From sequence record ON862890.1: a DNA stretch of 64,000 nt. One strand, given 5' to 3'. The stretch is from Escherichia phage A221. This document shows, piece after piece, positions 35,796 to 45,664 of the stretch. Both the position numbers and the translations under genes were made by a program. The stretch's first letter is position 1, and the number at the start of each line of letters is the position of its first letter. The notes under the pieces were generated by a model, which was not told the DNA's origin, searched no databases, and saw only the letters and a list, made by a program, of their open reading frames with translations.

Positions 35796-38552
35796 TTATG
35801 CCCTGATAATGGAATTTGAAATAACGTCCAAGTAATCCGAAGAATTTTCAATCGGGTTCAGGGCGCTTGGTTTATAATTCTCTTTCAAGAACCGGACAAC
35901 ACGATGACGCTCGATGGTCATGCGGTTCGCCTTTTTCGCGTTCCGTGTTGGCGTCTTCAGTAAATCAAACGGCACGAATCCATGAATCCTCAGAACTTCC
36001 GATGCGTGACTGAAGATTTGCAACATGCGTTGTTCTGCGCGGAACACCCTTTCATCCCGCTCATTGGTGTACAGATTCAGATTCAGAGTGCTGATCGTAT
36101 CCTGGAAATGTTTGAAGCGGCGAACATCATGAAGGGAAACACTACGCTTCGACATCGCCTGATAATGGCGGATAGTTTGTTCGTCCAAGATATCGTCAAC
36201 ATAATCCAGCATTTGGTTATACCGATTAACCAGCTGATTATAACGCCCGTCTTCCCCTTCACCGAACGCCTGTTTTACCAGATGACACCCGTATTTCAGG
36301 CGATTAGAACCAAGGTGAAGTCTCTGATGAGATTTCAGCAACCGTATCGCGTTGTGGCGTTCCAGCATCGGTCTGGCATTCTCCAACATAATCTTCAGAA
36401 TCTCATCAATCGGTATGAAGACCTCTGGGAACTTCTTCATCATTGGCACGGATTTACGGCGAGCCAAGAAGATTCGGTTGTGAACGTTCAACATATCGCT
36501 GATATACACCGGCTTGCCATCTTCATCCGCGTGAACGGCATGTTTGTAGAGAGACTCGCGAATACCCCGCGCCGCATCTGTGGTCAACGTTCTGCCCATC
36601 ACCTGGTGGATACACTCATAGCCAGACACCTCAATATAGACGATGCGCTCGCCCTTGTTGATGATATCTGAGATCTGGTCGCCCGTCAGTTCTTCATGCT
36701 GGTATATGTCGAAGTTGCTGCGCGTGAACGGAAACAGGCCAGGGTCTTTGGTGACCGGGGGCGTGACATACGACAGTTCGTTCATGAACTTGACTTCAGC
36801 AGGCTCCAACACCGCACTCAGCCAATCGACGAACTTGTCGGCGAAGCACAGATAATCAACCGTCGTTTCTTCTTTACCAATCCAAGTTTCAAAGAAATCA
36901 TAGAGAGCCTGAGAATTCTTGAACGCAGGGTTGTCCTTAGATTGGTTGCGCTTGGTGACATAGGATGTGTTCGGCTTGGCCACGATGACTATCGTCCCTG
37001 TATCTTTCAGCTGCTTGATCTTCAGGTTACGAGCACGAACACTATCTTCGATCACCACAGTAACATGCTGGCCGCGATCAATCCACTTCTGGATTTCTGA
37101 AATGGTCAGGGTACTGGACTCGCCCCAATCATAGAAGATCTCCATAGAGAATGGCGATGACAGATCATTGAACGGCGCGGTATGGTCATAATCGCGATCA
37201 ATCTCAACAGGCAGCGGGTAACGGTAATATGAATCATGAAAGCGCTTGTCTGCCGGGTATTCCTTTTCAACCATCTTGCGGAACCCACTGCCGAACATTT
37301 CACTCAGTTTTACCTTCTCCATATACAGGGCAAGAGGACCGCGCTTACACGCCAGCTCCAGGTCACGCATCTTTTCTTTCAAGATTGCATTGGCGGTCTC
37401 TTTAAACTCCTCAGAGAGCGTCTCACGCGTGAATTCGTCATATGAAAGGTCTTCACGCGACGGTGGTACGTTCAGCGAGCCAAGTTCGAAGAACGTATAG
37501 GACGATGGAAACTTGCTCATGATGGAAGCAGTGTCCGGGTCCAGCTGGTCCAGGTCAATCGGGTACGACACACCACCCATTACAGCGTAGTGGGTGTTCC
37601 CCTGGCCTTTCGGCTGGATGTACGTGTTGTTGACCTTGAATTCATAACTGATATCTTCCCAGCTGAAGCGGTATGAAGCGTTCTCAACAATTGGACGTTG
37701 TTCAGGGCGCATAACACGACCAAGGCGAACCAGCTCATCAGAGAATGCAGAGAAGCGAGCGTTCTTCACCGGGATCTTCACCGTCATGCCGTTGAACTCA
37801 TCGGTGTCTTCCGGCTTAGGATCACGGGTTTCAAGATCTTTGGTGATCAGATCAACAGTCGGGATGCGCTTGGCATTCAGGTACATCAGGAAGCGATGGA
37901 GTTTACCGTCCATGCGGCTTTCCACAGTGAACGAATCCGATACCGCAAATGGTGATTTGGAGCCAAGACCGAATGCCCCAATCTGATCATCATCTTCTTC
38001 CTTCGTACTGTGGAAAAGAGTGGTATACAACCCAGGCGTACGAATGATTTCACCATCTTCGCGACGGAACACTAGACCACCATTATAGAACGCAGGCACG
38101 CCGATGACCTCAGCTGAGTCAGGGATCTCGTCTTCCTTGACCACCATGTTGCCTTCCAGCAACACTTCATCTTCCTGCGCTGGGATAGGCTCGCCAATGA
38201 TCTTCTCTAGTGGCAGACCGATGCCGTAATCACGGATTTCCAGCCATGGTTCAAAGTCGTCAGGCAGATGGACGATGACTGGTGTACCCTTCGGTGCCAG
38301 GAACTTACTATGGCGCTGTGGAGGGGGAGTGAGAGGCGCGTAGTGGGATGCTACCATACGGTGCATACGATCACGCATGCCATGGGAGTCGATGGCGTTA
38401 CAGACGGTTTCGCGCAGGGCTGCAGCCTCTTTGTAACGATACAATGATGAGAACAGAGTCTCAAACATCTTATCGTTCATCTTCACGTTGAACGCCTGCC
38501 CCTGAATGGAAGACGACGAGCGGATAAAGTGCTCGGACTTGCGCATTTTCAT
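35796..38552 (-). CDS. rIIA: rIIA protein
   Basis: N-terminal GHKL-like region FETLFSSLYRYKEAAALRETVCNAIDSH and GAFGLGSKSPFAVSDSFTVES match T4 rIIA. Confidence 0.9.
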   Translation of the reverse strand: MKMRKSEHFIRSSSSIQGQAFNVKMNDKMFETLFSSLYRYKEAAALRETVCNAIDSHGMRDRMHRMVASHYAPLTPPPQRHSKFLAPKGTPVIVHLPDDFEPWLEIRDYGIGLPLEKIIGEPIPAQEDEVLLEGNMVVKEDEIPDSAEVIGVPAFYNGGLVFRREDGEIIRTPGLYTTLFHSTKEEDDDQIGAFGLGSKSPFAVSDSFTVESRMDGKLHRFLMYLNAKRIPTVDLITKDLETRDPKPEDTDEFNGMTVKIPVKNARFSAFSDELVRLGRVMRPEQRPIVENASYRFSWEDISYEFKVNNTYIQPKGQGNTHYAVMGGVSYPIDLDQLDPDTASIMSKFPSSYTFFELGSLNVPPSREDLSYDEFTRETLSEEFKETANAILKEKMRDLELACKRGPLALYMEKVKLSEMFGSGFRKMVEKEYPADKRFHDSYYRYPLPVEIDRDYDHTAPFNDLSSPFSMEIFYDWGESSTLTISEIQKWIDRGQHVTVVIEDSVRARNLKIKQLKDTGTIVIVAKPNTSYVTKRNQSKDNPAFKNSQALYDFFETWIGKEETTVDYLCFADKFVDWLSAVLEPAEVKFMNELSYVTPPVTKDPGLFPFTRSNFDIYQHEELTGDQISDIINKGERIVYIEVSGYECIHQVMGRTLTTDAARGIRESLYKHAVHADEDGKPVYISDMLNVHNRIFLARRKSVPMMKKFPEVFIPIDEILKIMLENARPMLERHNAIRLLKSHQRLHLGSNRLKYGCHLVKQAFGEGEDGRYNQLVNRYNQMLDYVDDILDEQTIRHYQAMSKRSVSLHDVRRFKHFQDTISTLNLNLYTNERDERVFRAEQRMLQIFSHASEVLRIHGFVPFDLLKTPTRNAKKANRMTIERHRVVRFLKENYKPSALNPIENSSDYLDVISNSIIRA

Positions 38553-38602
38553 AGTATAGAAATCCTATCAATGTCAAAGGGGAACATATTGGTTGAGTGG
38601 GT

Positions 38603-38625
38603 ATAATACGGTGGGTGTCTTCAAT
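38603..38625 (-). promoter_or_regulatory. promoter candidate ATTGAAG-N10-TATTAT for rIIA
   Basis: Minus-strand box 38619-38625, -10 38603-38608, about 50 nt upstream of rIIA start. Confidence 0.35.
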
Positions 38626-38627
38626 TG

Positions 38628-38651
38628 AAAAAGCCCTCGGCTGAGGGCTTT
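38628..38651 (-). terminator. rho-independent terminator
   Basis: AGCCCTC-ggct-GAGGGCT with UUUUU on minus strand, 8 nt after stop at 38659. Confidence 0.55.
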
Positions 38652-38658
38652 GTTCAGA

Positions 38659-39087
38659 TCAATCTTCGGTGGCGAATCGCGCCTGGAAGTCGAATGTTGG
38701 GCGCTGGGCACCAGGTTCCAACTTCTCTTCCAGATAGCCGATGATGGTGCGAGTGACCGACACAGGCTCTTTGCGTGGGTTGACTGGAGTAGCCAGCGCG
38801 ATGATAGAGGACTGCTGCTCTTCTACACGCGTGTATTCCACATTAAAGTGATAGCGAGAACCAAAGGCCGCCACTTCGACTTTAACGATTTGTAGATCTT
38901 TCAGGTCAGTGCTGCTCAGGGTTCCCACGTTCAACTGTGAGCGCAGGTGCTCAACAATGTTGGAGTACACATACTGTGGGGTGATCAGCTGTTCAATAGA
39001 ACTCATAACATATCCTCTACTTTTGGGTTCGGTTTTACTTAATCGAGCGACCTCTGCTCGAAGGAAGATTATCTCGTCGGTCATCAA
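38659..39087 (-). CDS. hypothetical protein
   Basis: 142 codons. Confidence 0.45.
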   Translation of the reverse strand: MMTDEIIFLRAEVARLSKTEPKSRGYVMSSIEQLITPQYVYSNIVEHLRSQLNVGTLSSTDLKDLQIVKVEVAAFGSRYHFNVEYTRVEEQQSSIIALATPVNPRKEPVSVTRTIIGYLEEKLEPGAQRPTFDFQARFATED

Positions 39088-39146
39088 ACATCACCCATGA
39101 TCTGGCCAACTTTGGAGTGTCTGTAGAAAGATCCTTCAGACACTCC

Positions 39147-39347
39147 TCACTTACGTTTGCGCTTGTTCTTTCCATGAGTCTTCGCCTTCTTCTTGCGGGT
39201 TACAGATGGACGACCATGTCCCGGTTCGCCGGGTGTGCCACCCTGAGTGTAACGACGCCCCCACATATCATCACCACGATGCGCGGCGACGATTTCCATT
39301 TCTGACAGCGCTAGCATAGCAGCAACAGCCGCAGATGATTTCTTCAT
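39147..39347 (-). CDS. small basic protein
   Basis: Lys/Arg-rich C-terminus. Confidence 0.35.
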   Translation of the reverse strand: MKKSSAAVAAMLALSEMEIVAAHRGDDMWGRRYTQGGTPGEPGHGRPSVTRKKKAKTHGKNKRKRK

Positions 39348-39880
39348 TTCGTTTCCCCCTTGGCAGCATAGGACAGTGCCTGAACAATCATTATAGCCAG
39401 ATCGATCGGCGAGTAGGTGCTGTTCAGATCTTCTCGAACACTCTGCTCGATTTCTTCATCAGACTGGACCACAGGACAGTTCTTTCCCTGGCGACGGCGT
39501 TCTGTGTTGATCATATCACGCAGGAGCAGATTGGTGAAGGAGTACTCATCAAAGTTCTCCAGGTATTTCTGAATCCCAGTGGATACAGGGGTTGGCTCCG
39601 GCTCCTTTGCCCCAGGATCTTTCAGGGCAGCAACAGTGGCATCAATATCCCACAGAGGGTTCATCAGTAACAGAAGATTAACTGTTTCTCCTGACTCTGA
39701 AGTCGGGTTATTTCCCAGCACCTTGTAAAGATTCTTCAGGGTATTGTCAAAGGTCAGAACGGCCTGCGCCAGTTCTTCATAAGTTGGTTTGGTAGTCATC
39801 AGCGTTTGCTCCGGCGTTTGTTCTTCATCTTTCTTGGCTTGTCTGTCATGTTCCTGTCCACGAAAAAGGGGATAGAGCAA
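39344..39880 (-). CDS. hypothetical protein
   Basis: 178 codons. Confidence 0.45.
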   Translation of the reverse strand: MLYPLFRGQEHDRQAKKDEEQTPEQTLMTTKPTYEELAQAVLTFDNTLKNLYKVLGNNPTSESGETVNLLLLMNPLWDIDATVAALKDPGAKEPEPTPVSTGIQKYLENFDEYSFTNLLLRDMINTERRRQGKNCPVVQSDEEIEQSVREDLNSTYSPIDLAIMIVQALSYAAKGETK

Positions 39881-39911
39881 TAATACCCTATCCCCTTTTA
39901 TTGAAGAACGA

Positions 39912-40325
39912 TTAGTCTTCAGATTCTACTTTGCCGCCTCGTAGATCCCGAACTGGTTTACCGTCCGGTGTCATCACATAAATGGTGTTGATTGTCTCAA
40001 ACCAAGACAGCTGGTCAACACCCTCGGTGTATGGGGTCACCGGAACAGAAGTCTTGACCTCTTTGCCTTTCGTGTTCGGATGTTCAACCACATCCAAGAA
40101 CGCACATTTCCCGCTCGGAAGGATCACACCATCAGTAAACAGCACGATCTTCTTGCGAGGGTTGCTGGCCTCACCCAGGCACACCACCAGATGATGGATC
40201 ATCTCGGGGCGGTCAATCAACATGTCGTCTTTGATAATCCCTTGCTTGATAGCAGAGATCACCACTTCATCCAACAGAGCCTGCTGTTGGTCCAGTGTCA
40301 AGGATTCAGTGAGTTTCACGCTCAT
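39912..40325 (-). CDS. hypothetical protein
   Basis: Start trimmed to ATG 40325 (AGGA RBS). Confidence 0.4.
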   Translation of the reverse strand: MSVKLTESLTLDQQQALLDEVVISAIKQGIIKDDMLIDRPEMIHHLVVCLGEASNPRKKIVLFTDGVILPSGKCAFLDVVEHPNTKGKEVKTSVPVTPYTEGVDQLSWFETINTIYVMTPDGKPVRDLRGGKVESED

Positions 40326-40329
40326 GATA

Positions 40330-40899
40330 TCATCCTTTGAAGTTAATCGGTTTCTGAATACCAGCGTCGAACGCGGCCTGGGTACGGGTATCACTCACCA
40401 CCTGGCAGGTCTTGTCAAGGTCGATACGCGGGTAGCCGAACATGCCAGCAATCAACGAACCAGGGAACTGAGCCAGCTTGGTTTCGTATATTGTGCAGAT
40501 ATCCAGCTTCTTGGTCTGGCTGATGCGGAATTCATCACGCCCAGAACTGATCACCACCTGGATCTCTTTGTACAGGCTGGAATCGAACTGAATATTCTGC
40601 TCCTGGATCCACTGCATGACGGCCTTGGAACCATCAGCGCCATAACGCCCTTCGAACGTGCCTTTGATCACTTCCTTCAGGCCGTCTTTATACATGTCAG
40701 GAATCTGCGCCGTCTCCTGAACTTTGAGCGTGTAGTTGCTCAGGTAGTTCTCGGAGTCTTTGTTGAACTTCTTGACCTGCTGCTCAGTGCGGTTGAAGTC
40801 GTTGAAGTAGCTGATGACTGTACCGATGCCGAGAATCACTATACCCAGCAAAGCCAAACCAACTATCCAACCTGTTGCGATACCCTTAGATTGAGACAT
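40330..40899 (-). CDS. membrane-anchored protein (possibly LemA-like)
   Basis: N-terminal TM then soluble domain. Confidence 0.4.
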   Translation of the reverse strand: MSQSKGIATGWIVGLALLGIVILGIGTVISYFNDFNRTEQQVKKFNKDSENYLSNYTLKVQETAQIPDMYKDGLKEVIKGTFEGRYGADGSKAVMQWIQEQNIQFDSSLYKEIQVVISSGRDEFRISQTKKLDICTIYETKLAQFPGSLIAGMFGYPRIDLDKTCQVVSDTRTQAAFDAGIQKPINFKG

Positions 40900-40917
40900 T
40901 CTTACTTCCTCTTTTGA

Positions 40918-42033
40918 TTAAAAATTAAACGGATAACGACGACGGCCACCATTGTACTCCATTCGCTGTAATATGAAAATTGCGGTGAATGGTAAGCAGC
41001 CCAGCAGAACAACAACCACAACTTCCCAGGTCTTGAGTTCCCGCCACTTCAGGTACTCCATTTCCTTCATCTCAACGCGGTTGTAGCCTTTGGTGATGTT
41101 AGCGACAACATCAGCCATGACACCGACGCCCATGTCGTGGCCTGTGAGAGTCATGCCATTGCGAGAGTGTAGTTCACGGTTGTGCATACCATCAGCGAAC
41201 GAAGTGCTCTTACCCCAGTTGATCTTCAGGTCTTTGTTGATGTCGGTCACGACGATAACGTCGTTCTTTTTACCACCATCCCAAGCATAGACCAAGCCCT
41301 GGAAGTATTCAACTGGCTGGCCGGAAGTCACAACCCAGACGATGTTCACCTGCTTGGCTGCGCCCAGCTTCTTCAGGGCATCGTTCAGATAGTCGTTCCA
41401 GTATGTGGTCGGTAACGCCAGACCAGACACATTCAGTACACGAGTGACGCGATAGTAGTCATAGACTTCGGGATACTTCGGAATCTTGTCTTTGAAGCGC
41501 TCAGCAAACTGCTGGTCTGAACGAGAGAACAGAGAGTCCTTGTTACCCAGCACATAGTTCATGTAGGAATGCTCACGGGCTGCGGGTTCGCCGATCTGAA
41601 CCTGCGCCCAGCGCGGGGGCTGACCAAGGCCGCGACGATCAATGCGGTCAATCGTCAGATTACCGACAGTCGTCAACACATCCCAGTCCACGTCATATGA
41701 ATGCTCATAACATGTACTGCAATGGCGAGTGCGGGTACAGGACTTGCTGCTGCCGGAGCCGGAGCATGATGTGGTGTAGTAGCAGTTGCATTCATATGAA
41801 TGCTCACAGCTCACCTTATTCCGCTCCTTTGCAGTGACGTACCCGTTCAGGATCTCAACATCCCCTGAACTGCCAAGGGAGAACGCAGCATAAGCCCCCG
41901 CCTGAATCAGACAGGATAGCACCACTACAATCGCGGTCGCTATCAGAGTCTCTTTCGGCTCATGGGTCTTGCGGTGGTAGATCACAAACAGGATAGCCAG
42001 TACCAATGGCACACCAAACAGGAGGTAGATCAT
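40918..42033 (-). CDS. Cys-rich membrane protein
   Basis: TM helices at both ends; CEHSYECNCYYTTSC...CSTC cluster. Confidence 0.45.
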   Translation of the reverse strand: MIYLLFGVPLVLAILFVIYHRKTHEPKETLIATAIVVVLSCLIQAGAYAAFSLGSSGDVEILNGYVTAKERNKVSCEHSYECNCYYTTSCSGSGSSKSCTRTRHCSTCYEHSYDVDWDVLTTVGNLTIDRIDRRGLGQPPRWAQVQIGEPAAREHSYMNYVLGNKDSLFSRSDQQFAERFKDKIPKYPEVYDYYRVTRVLNVSGLALPTTYWNDYLNDALKKLGAAKQVNIVWVVTSGQPVEYFQGLVYAWDGGKKNDVIVVTDINKDLKINWGKSTSFADGMHNRELHSRNGMTLTGHDMGVGVMADVVANITKGYNRVEMKEMEYLKWRELKTWEVVVVVLLGCLPFTAIFILQRMEYNGGRRRYPFNF

Positions 42034-42248
42034 TTGGATTCACCGACGAGCTGCGCCTTGGTCATCCCAAGGAGTTGATCTTTATGCTCAGGTTTGGCAC
42101 CGTTCTTTAACAACAAATCCCAACGCTCTTCATGGTACTGTGGGTCCAGTGCTTCATCAAATGTGATATGGTGGCGGAACATAATAGTTGCCACTGAATG
42201 GACGCAGTGAGCAGTTGCGCGCCTTAAAGTCCGCGTGGTTTTGATCAT
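42030..42248 (-). CDS. hypothetical small protein
   Basis: Start trimmed to ATG 42248 with GGAGGG RBS. Confidence 0.35.
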   Translation of the reverse strand: MIKTTRTLRRATAHCVHSVATIMFRHHITFDEALDPQYHEERWDLLLKNGAKPEHKDQLLGMTKAQLVGESK

Positions 42249-42469
42249 CTTGTACACCCTCCGACACAAATGATATTCAGTTCGCCACGGGCAAACCCAC
42301 TCTTACCGGAGGATTTGTTGCCGTTCAGCATTTTCCACAGCCCATCAGTGTCGCCCAATTCCGGCATCTGATACTGTACCACAGGGGTCTTGCGGTCTTC
42401 TTCGAGCATTACAGACACCATAGATTCGATATCCAGGGAGTCCATATCTTCAATTCGTTGCATTGCCAT
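42245..42469 (-). CDS. hypothetical small protein
   Basis: 74 codons. Confidence 0.35.
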   Translation of the reverse strand: MAMQRIEDMDSLDIESMVSVMLEEDRKTPVVQYQMPELGDTDGLWKMLNGNKSSGKSGFARGELNIICVGGCTR

Positions 42470-42481
42470 AGTGAAATCCTC

Positions 42482-42679
42482 TTAATAGAGTTTGGTGTAT
42501 GTTTGTTTGACACGCATAAAAGTGCTCATATATTTTTGTGATTCCACCAAATGAGCAAACGCAATTTCTGCCGAACTCTTGTCCTTGAACTCCAGAACGG
42601 AAGTGTCTACTGCAATAGATTGATTCTTCCCGTCGAAGCCAACAGTTGTCACTAAGATCTTATAATCTTGGGTTTCCAT
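42482..42679 (-). CDS. hypothetical small protein
   Basis: 65 codons. Confidence 0.35.
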   Translation of the reverse strand: METQDYKILVTTVGFDGKNQSIAVDTSVLEFKDKSSAEIAFAHLVESQKYMSTFMRVKQTYTKLY

Positions 42680-42694
42680 GATGTATATCCTTGC

Positions 42695-42737
42695 AAAAAG
42701 AAAGGGGAACGGGCTAATAATAACCCATTCCCCTTTA
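42695..42737 (-). terminator. terminator-like hairpin
   Basis: AGGGGAA ... TTCCCCT stem (42703-42734) flanked by A-run and T-run. Confidence 0.4.
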
Positions 42738-42761
42738 TTGAAGGAATCAACCCCAGTCAGA

Positions 42762-42929
42762 TTACTTTTTCTTCAGCTCTTCCAGTTTGGCTTCGATTTG
42801 TTCTAGGATATCTTTACCCTTCTGAACAATCACTTCACCATCTTGCGCGTGTTTACGGAAGACCAGAGCACCAGCAATGAAGCCGACAACCGCGCCAGGA
42901 AGCGCATAAACCAGCAGATCTTGTAACAT
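42762..42929 (-). CDS. small membrane protein (55 aa)
   Basis: Below track cutoff; ATG 42929 with GAGGA RBS; MLQDLLVYALPGAVVGFIAGALVF TM. Confidence 0.4.
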   Translation of the reverse strand: MLQDLLVYALPGAVVGFIAGALVFRKHAQDGEVIVQKGKDILEQIEAKLEELKKK

Positions 42930-42965
42930 GATAATATCCTCGCTTTATAGGCGAGGATATTTATA

Positions 42966-44201
42966 TCAGCGTTTCAAGAGTGCCATGAGGTTGACGCTGC
43001 TGGACTTCGACTTGTCCTCAACCTTACGCACAGGCATCTTCAGGTTCGTATATACTTCGGACGGTTCCCAGCGCGTACCCTTTTGCAGGTGCCAGATATG
43101 CAGAGGAACACCAGTCTCAAAGAACACAGGCATCTTCCACTTCTGGACGCCTGGAACGTGCCCTGCAGGAGCCTTTTCGCACAACAGGGTATCTGGCAGC
43201 CAGAGCGAACGGGCTTCCCAGAGCGCTGCGCAGGAGTATTCAGGCCAGACGCGTTCCATGTAGTCTATCTCATCCCAGGTACGCTCTGCGTCCCACCCGA
43301 TGTAACGAGTATTCTTCAGTCGGAAGAATTTCTTCAGCCAACAAGCACCGGAGGTTTCAAAGTTCAGGCGGTTGATGAACGTCAGGTGCCCGAACTCAGC
43401 CACACAATCCTGGAACGCCTGCTCAAGGTCGGCCTCAAGGATGTCACACTCTTCATCCGTGATAGGGCAACTGTTGATCTTTTTCTTCCCGTGTTTAGTC
43501 ACCCAATCGTCACGGTTGGACAAGAACGCCGCGCCATTACGGTTGGACTCGCTTCCATCACGATCACGCAACATGAAGCCAGGGACGTCAATGGTGTATT
43601 CGTTCCCGAAGACCATGTTCAGGGCTTCCAGGAAGTTCCAGGCGCTCAGGCGACCGAAGTATTTCCAGGACATCGCCGTGTCCCACAGCTGGGTGAATTG
43701 TTCTGTCTTATCGATGCACACCAACATCCCACGGAAAGCGTCATATTGAGTACGGCCAGCCAGCCAGTCAATATAGGACTGAACACACGGAATCATCTTG
43801 GACTTGCGGTAGCGACAGTCGGTATCGAATCGCATGCGATCAAAGTTCAGATTATACCAATCAGAGAAGCGCTGCATCTCTTCCTTAGACTGAGGCGGCA
43901 CAGGGAACTCACTGTAGATCGTCCACGGCCCGACGGCGTTATAGCAACAACCCCACAGGAATGCCATCCAGATCTTGCGCTCGACTTTCTGTTCGAGGCT
44001 GATGCCTTCAGTGACTTCGATCGCATAGTCCATCAGACGCATCTGCTGGTTGTGCTCTTCTGTGTAGGACAGCGCCTCCACCCAAGCCTTGAGCAAGTAC
44101 ATGCGATTCTCAGGCTTGCGATAATCAACAGCCAGGTCAATCGGGTACTTCCATTCAGCCGGAGGCGTATAGCCCGTCGGCATTTTAGATAAATGATGCA
44201 T
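42966..44201 (-). CDS. hypothetical 411-aa protein; candidate DNA base-modification enzyme by context
   Basis: Large soluble protein, Trp/Cys-rich, no motif recognised; same transcription unit as P-loop kinase 44759-45664. Confidence 0.5.
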   Translation of the reverse strand: MHHLSKMPTGYTPPAEWKYPIDLAVDYRKPENRMYLLKAWVEALSYTEEHNQQMRLMDYAIEVTEGISLEQKVERKIWMAFLWGCCYNAVGPWTIYSEFPVPPQSKEEMQRFSDWYNLNFDRMRFDTDCRYRKSKMIPCVQSYIDWLAGRTQYDAFRGMLVCIDKTEQFTQLWDTAMSWKYFGRLSAWNFLEALNMVFGNEYTIDVPGFMLRDRDGSESNRNGAAFLSNRDDWVTKHGKKKINSCPITDEECDILEADLEQAFQDCVAEFGHLTFINRLNFETSGACWLKKFFRLKNTRYIGWDAERTWDEIDYMERVWPEYSCAALWEARSLWLPDTLLCEKAPAGHVPGVQKWKMPVFFETGVPLHIWHLQKGTRWEPSEVYTNLKMPVRKVEDKSKSSSVNLMALLKR

Positions 44202-44564
44202 CTTTCGCTTCCTCTTCAGGAGCCACAGCTTCAGGCTCAGGAGCCAGCTGAATATCTTCCGGCTTCACGAACCCCATCGGACGTTCCCACATATCGACAA
44301 AGCGACGGTCAGCGGTCACGAACCACAGACGGGCTGCGGTGTGGGTCTTACTCGAGATGAACATCTGAGCGTTCGTCTGGGTACGGAACGGAGCAGCCTG
44401 CAACCACTTGCCAAAGTCTTTGGACGACGGATTGGCATTCAGCTGGAACTGAGGGATGACGCAGTTCTTTTCAGGAATCAGGCGCACGGCAGTAATGTGC
44501 TTGGCGTTTCCGGTGTAGTCGATCGCAACAGCCACAGCATCGCGAGGGATTTGAATTTTCATTT
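44185..44564 (-). CDS. hypothetical protein
   Basis: Start trimmed to MKIQIPRD at 44564. Confidence 0.4.
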
Positions 44565-44762
44565 TGGTTCCTTGAATATTTTGTAACCAGCAGCGCCGAT
44601 AGACATCACCGCGCCAATACAGTACATCACAGTCACGTTCAACTTCTCTGAGGTTGTTAAGTCCAGAGGGGTGAAATGATAGGCTAGGGCAGTACACATT
44701 GAAACGGCTGCCATAACCAGACCAATGAACAACAGATAATTAGACAACCGTTTCATGATCAT
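44559..44762 (-). CDS. small membrane protein
   Basis: Two TM helices in 67 codons. Confidence 0.4.
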   Translation of the reverse strand: MIMKRLSNYLLFIGLVMAAVSMCTALAYHFTPLDLTTSEKLNVTVMYCIGAVMSIGAAGYKIFKEPK

Positions 44763-45664
44763 CCCTTCTTCATCAGGTCAAGGAGAGAGCGCGACGCTGC
44801 CTTCGTTGCTTCTGGCTGGGCGCTCGCCTTGGTTTTAGTTTTGGATGCCTTCTGCGGCTTCTCAGGCACTCTGTGCGCCAAAGGATCATCACCGCCGACC
44901 TCACGGGTCATTGGATTGGTTTCACAGTAGGCATAAAAATCTTTGATGTCAAGGTTAACCGCGCCGATATCCATCTGATAAGCGATAGCATCCCCGACAA
45001 CCCAAAGAGGGGCATCAAACGGCATGACTGCCAGTTCGCTACGTGGATCCATTTCCCACTCATTCTGAGAAGGTTTTGTATACTCAACATCCTGCCCACT
45101 GTACACGTCTGCCAAAACGTTCCACCCCAGTGCCAACATTTCGGCCTTCGACTTCTCAAACTCCTTGTAGTAAGATTCGTTGCGCGACCAGCCGGAGTTC
45201 CCTGCTTCTTTACCAGAGCGACCACGGATACGAGCATCGTACTGATAGCGGTCGGGGTACGCAAAGTACAGCAGCGCCAATGATTCAATCGGATAGTTCT
45301 TGAACATCCATTCAGGACGCCATTTGTCCGATAGCATGAGAGGTTCTCCCTCGCACACCAGAGTGTATCCCTGAACCAACCAGCACTTGATTAGATCACG
45401 AGCAATATCGCCTGAGCCTGTAGCAGCATGGATTGCATCCATTGAAGTCCAGGAAGCCAGGCCGGATTTGTTAGACACGGTGTACTGTCCAACGAAGATT
45501 AACTTCAGCTCTCCGAACTTCAAGCCAAACGGGCGAGTCTTGTCACCAACGGTGTAGGTCAGTTCGGTAGGCTCCAGCTTAGTGCGCAGCCATTCGATGA
45601 ACTGGACCACTCTCGTACCCTTACCCACGCCACTTGTTCCCTTCACTACAATTATTTTAGCCAT
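44759..45664 (-). CDS. P-loop kinase (candidate DNA-level 5-hydroxymethyl-pyrimidine kinase)
   Basis: Walker A KGTSGVGKGT; 301 aa with Lys/Ala-rich tail; function inferred from context only. Confidence 0.5.
   Translation of the reverse strand: MAKIIVVKGTSGVGKGTRVVQFIEWLRTKLEPTELTYTVGDKTRPFGLKFGELKLIFVGQYTVSNKSGLASWTSMDAIHAATGSGDIARDLIKCWLVQGYTLVCEGEPLMLSDKWRPEWMFKNYPIESLALLYFAYPDRYQYDARIRGRSGKEAGNSGWSRNESYYKEFEKSKAEMLALGWNVLADVYSGQDVEYTKPSQNEWEMDPRSELAVMPFDAPLWVVGDAIAYQMDIGAVNLDIKDFYAYCETNPMTREVGGDDPLAHRVPEKPQKASKTKTKASAQPEATKAASRSLLDLMKKG

Noticed and set aside
34199-35851. rIIB start at ATG 35851 (550 aa)
   Set aside because: Extension overlaps the rIIA 3' end; ATG 35764 gives an N-terminus beginning at the HTH-like region, as in T4 rIIB.
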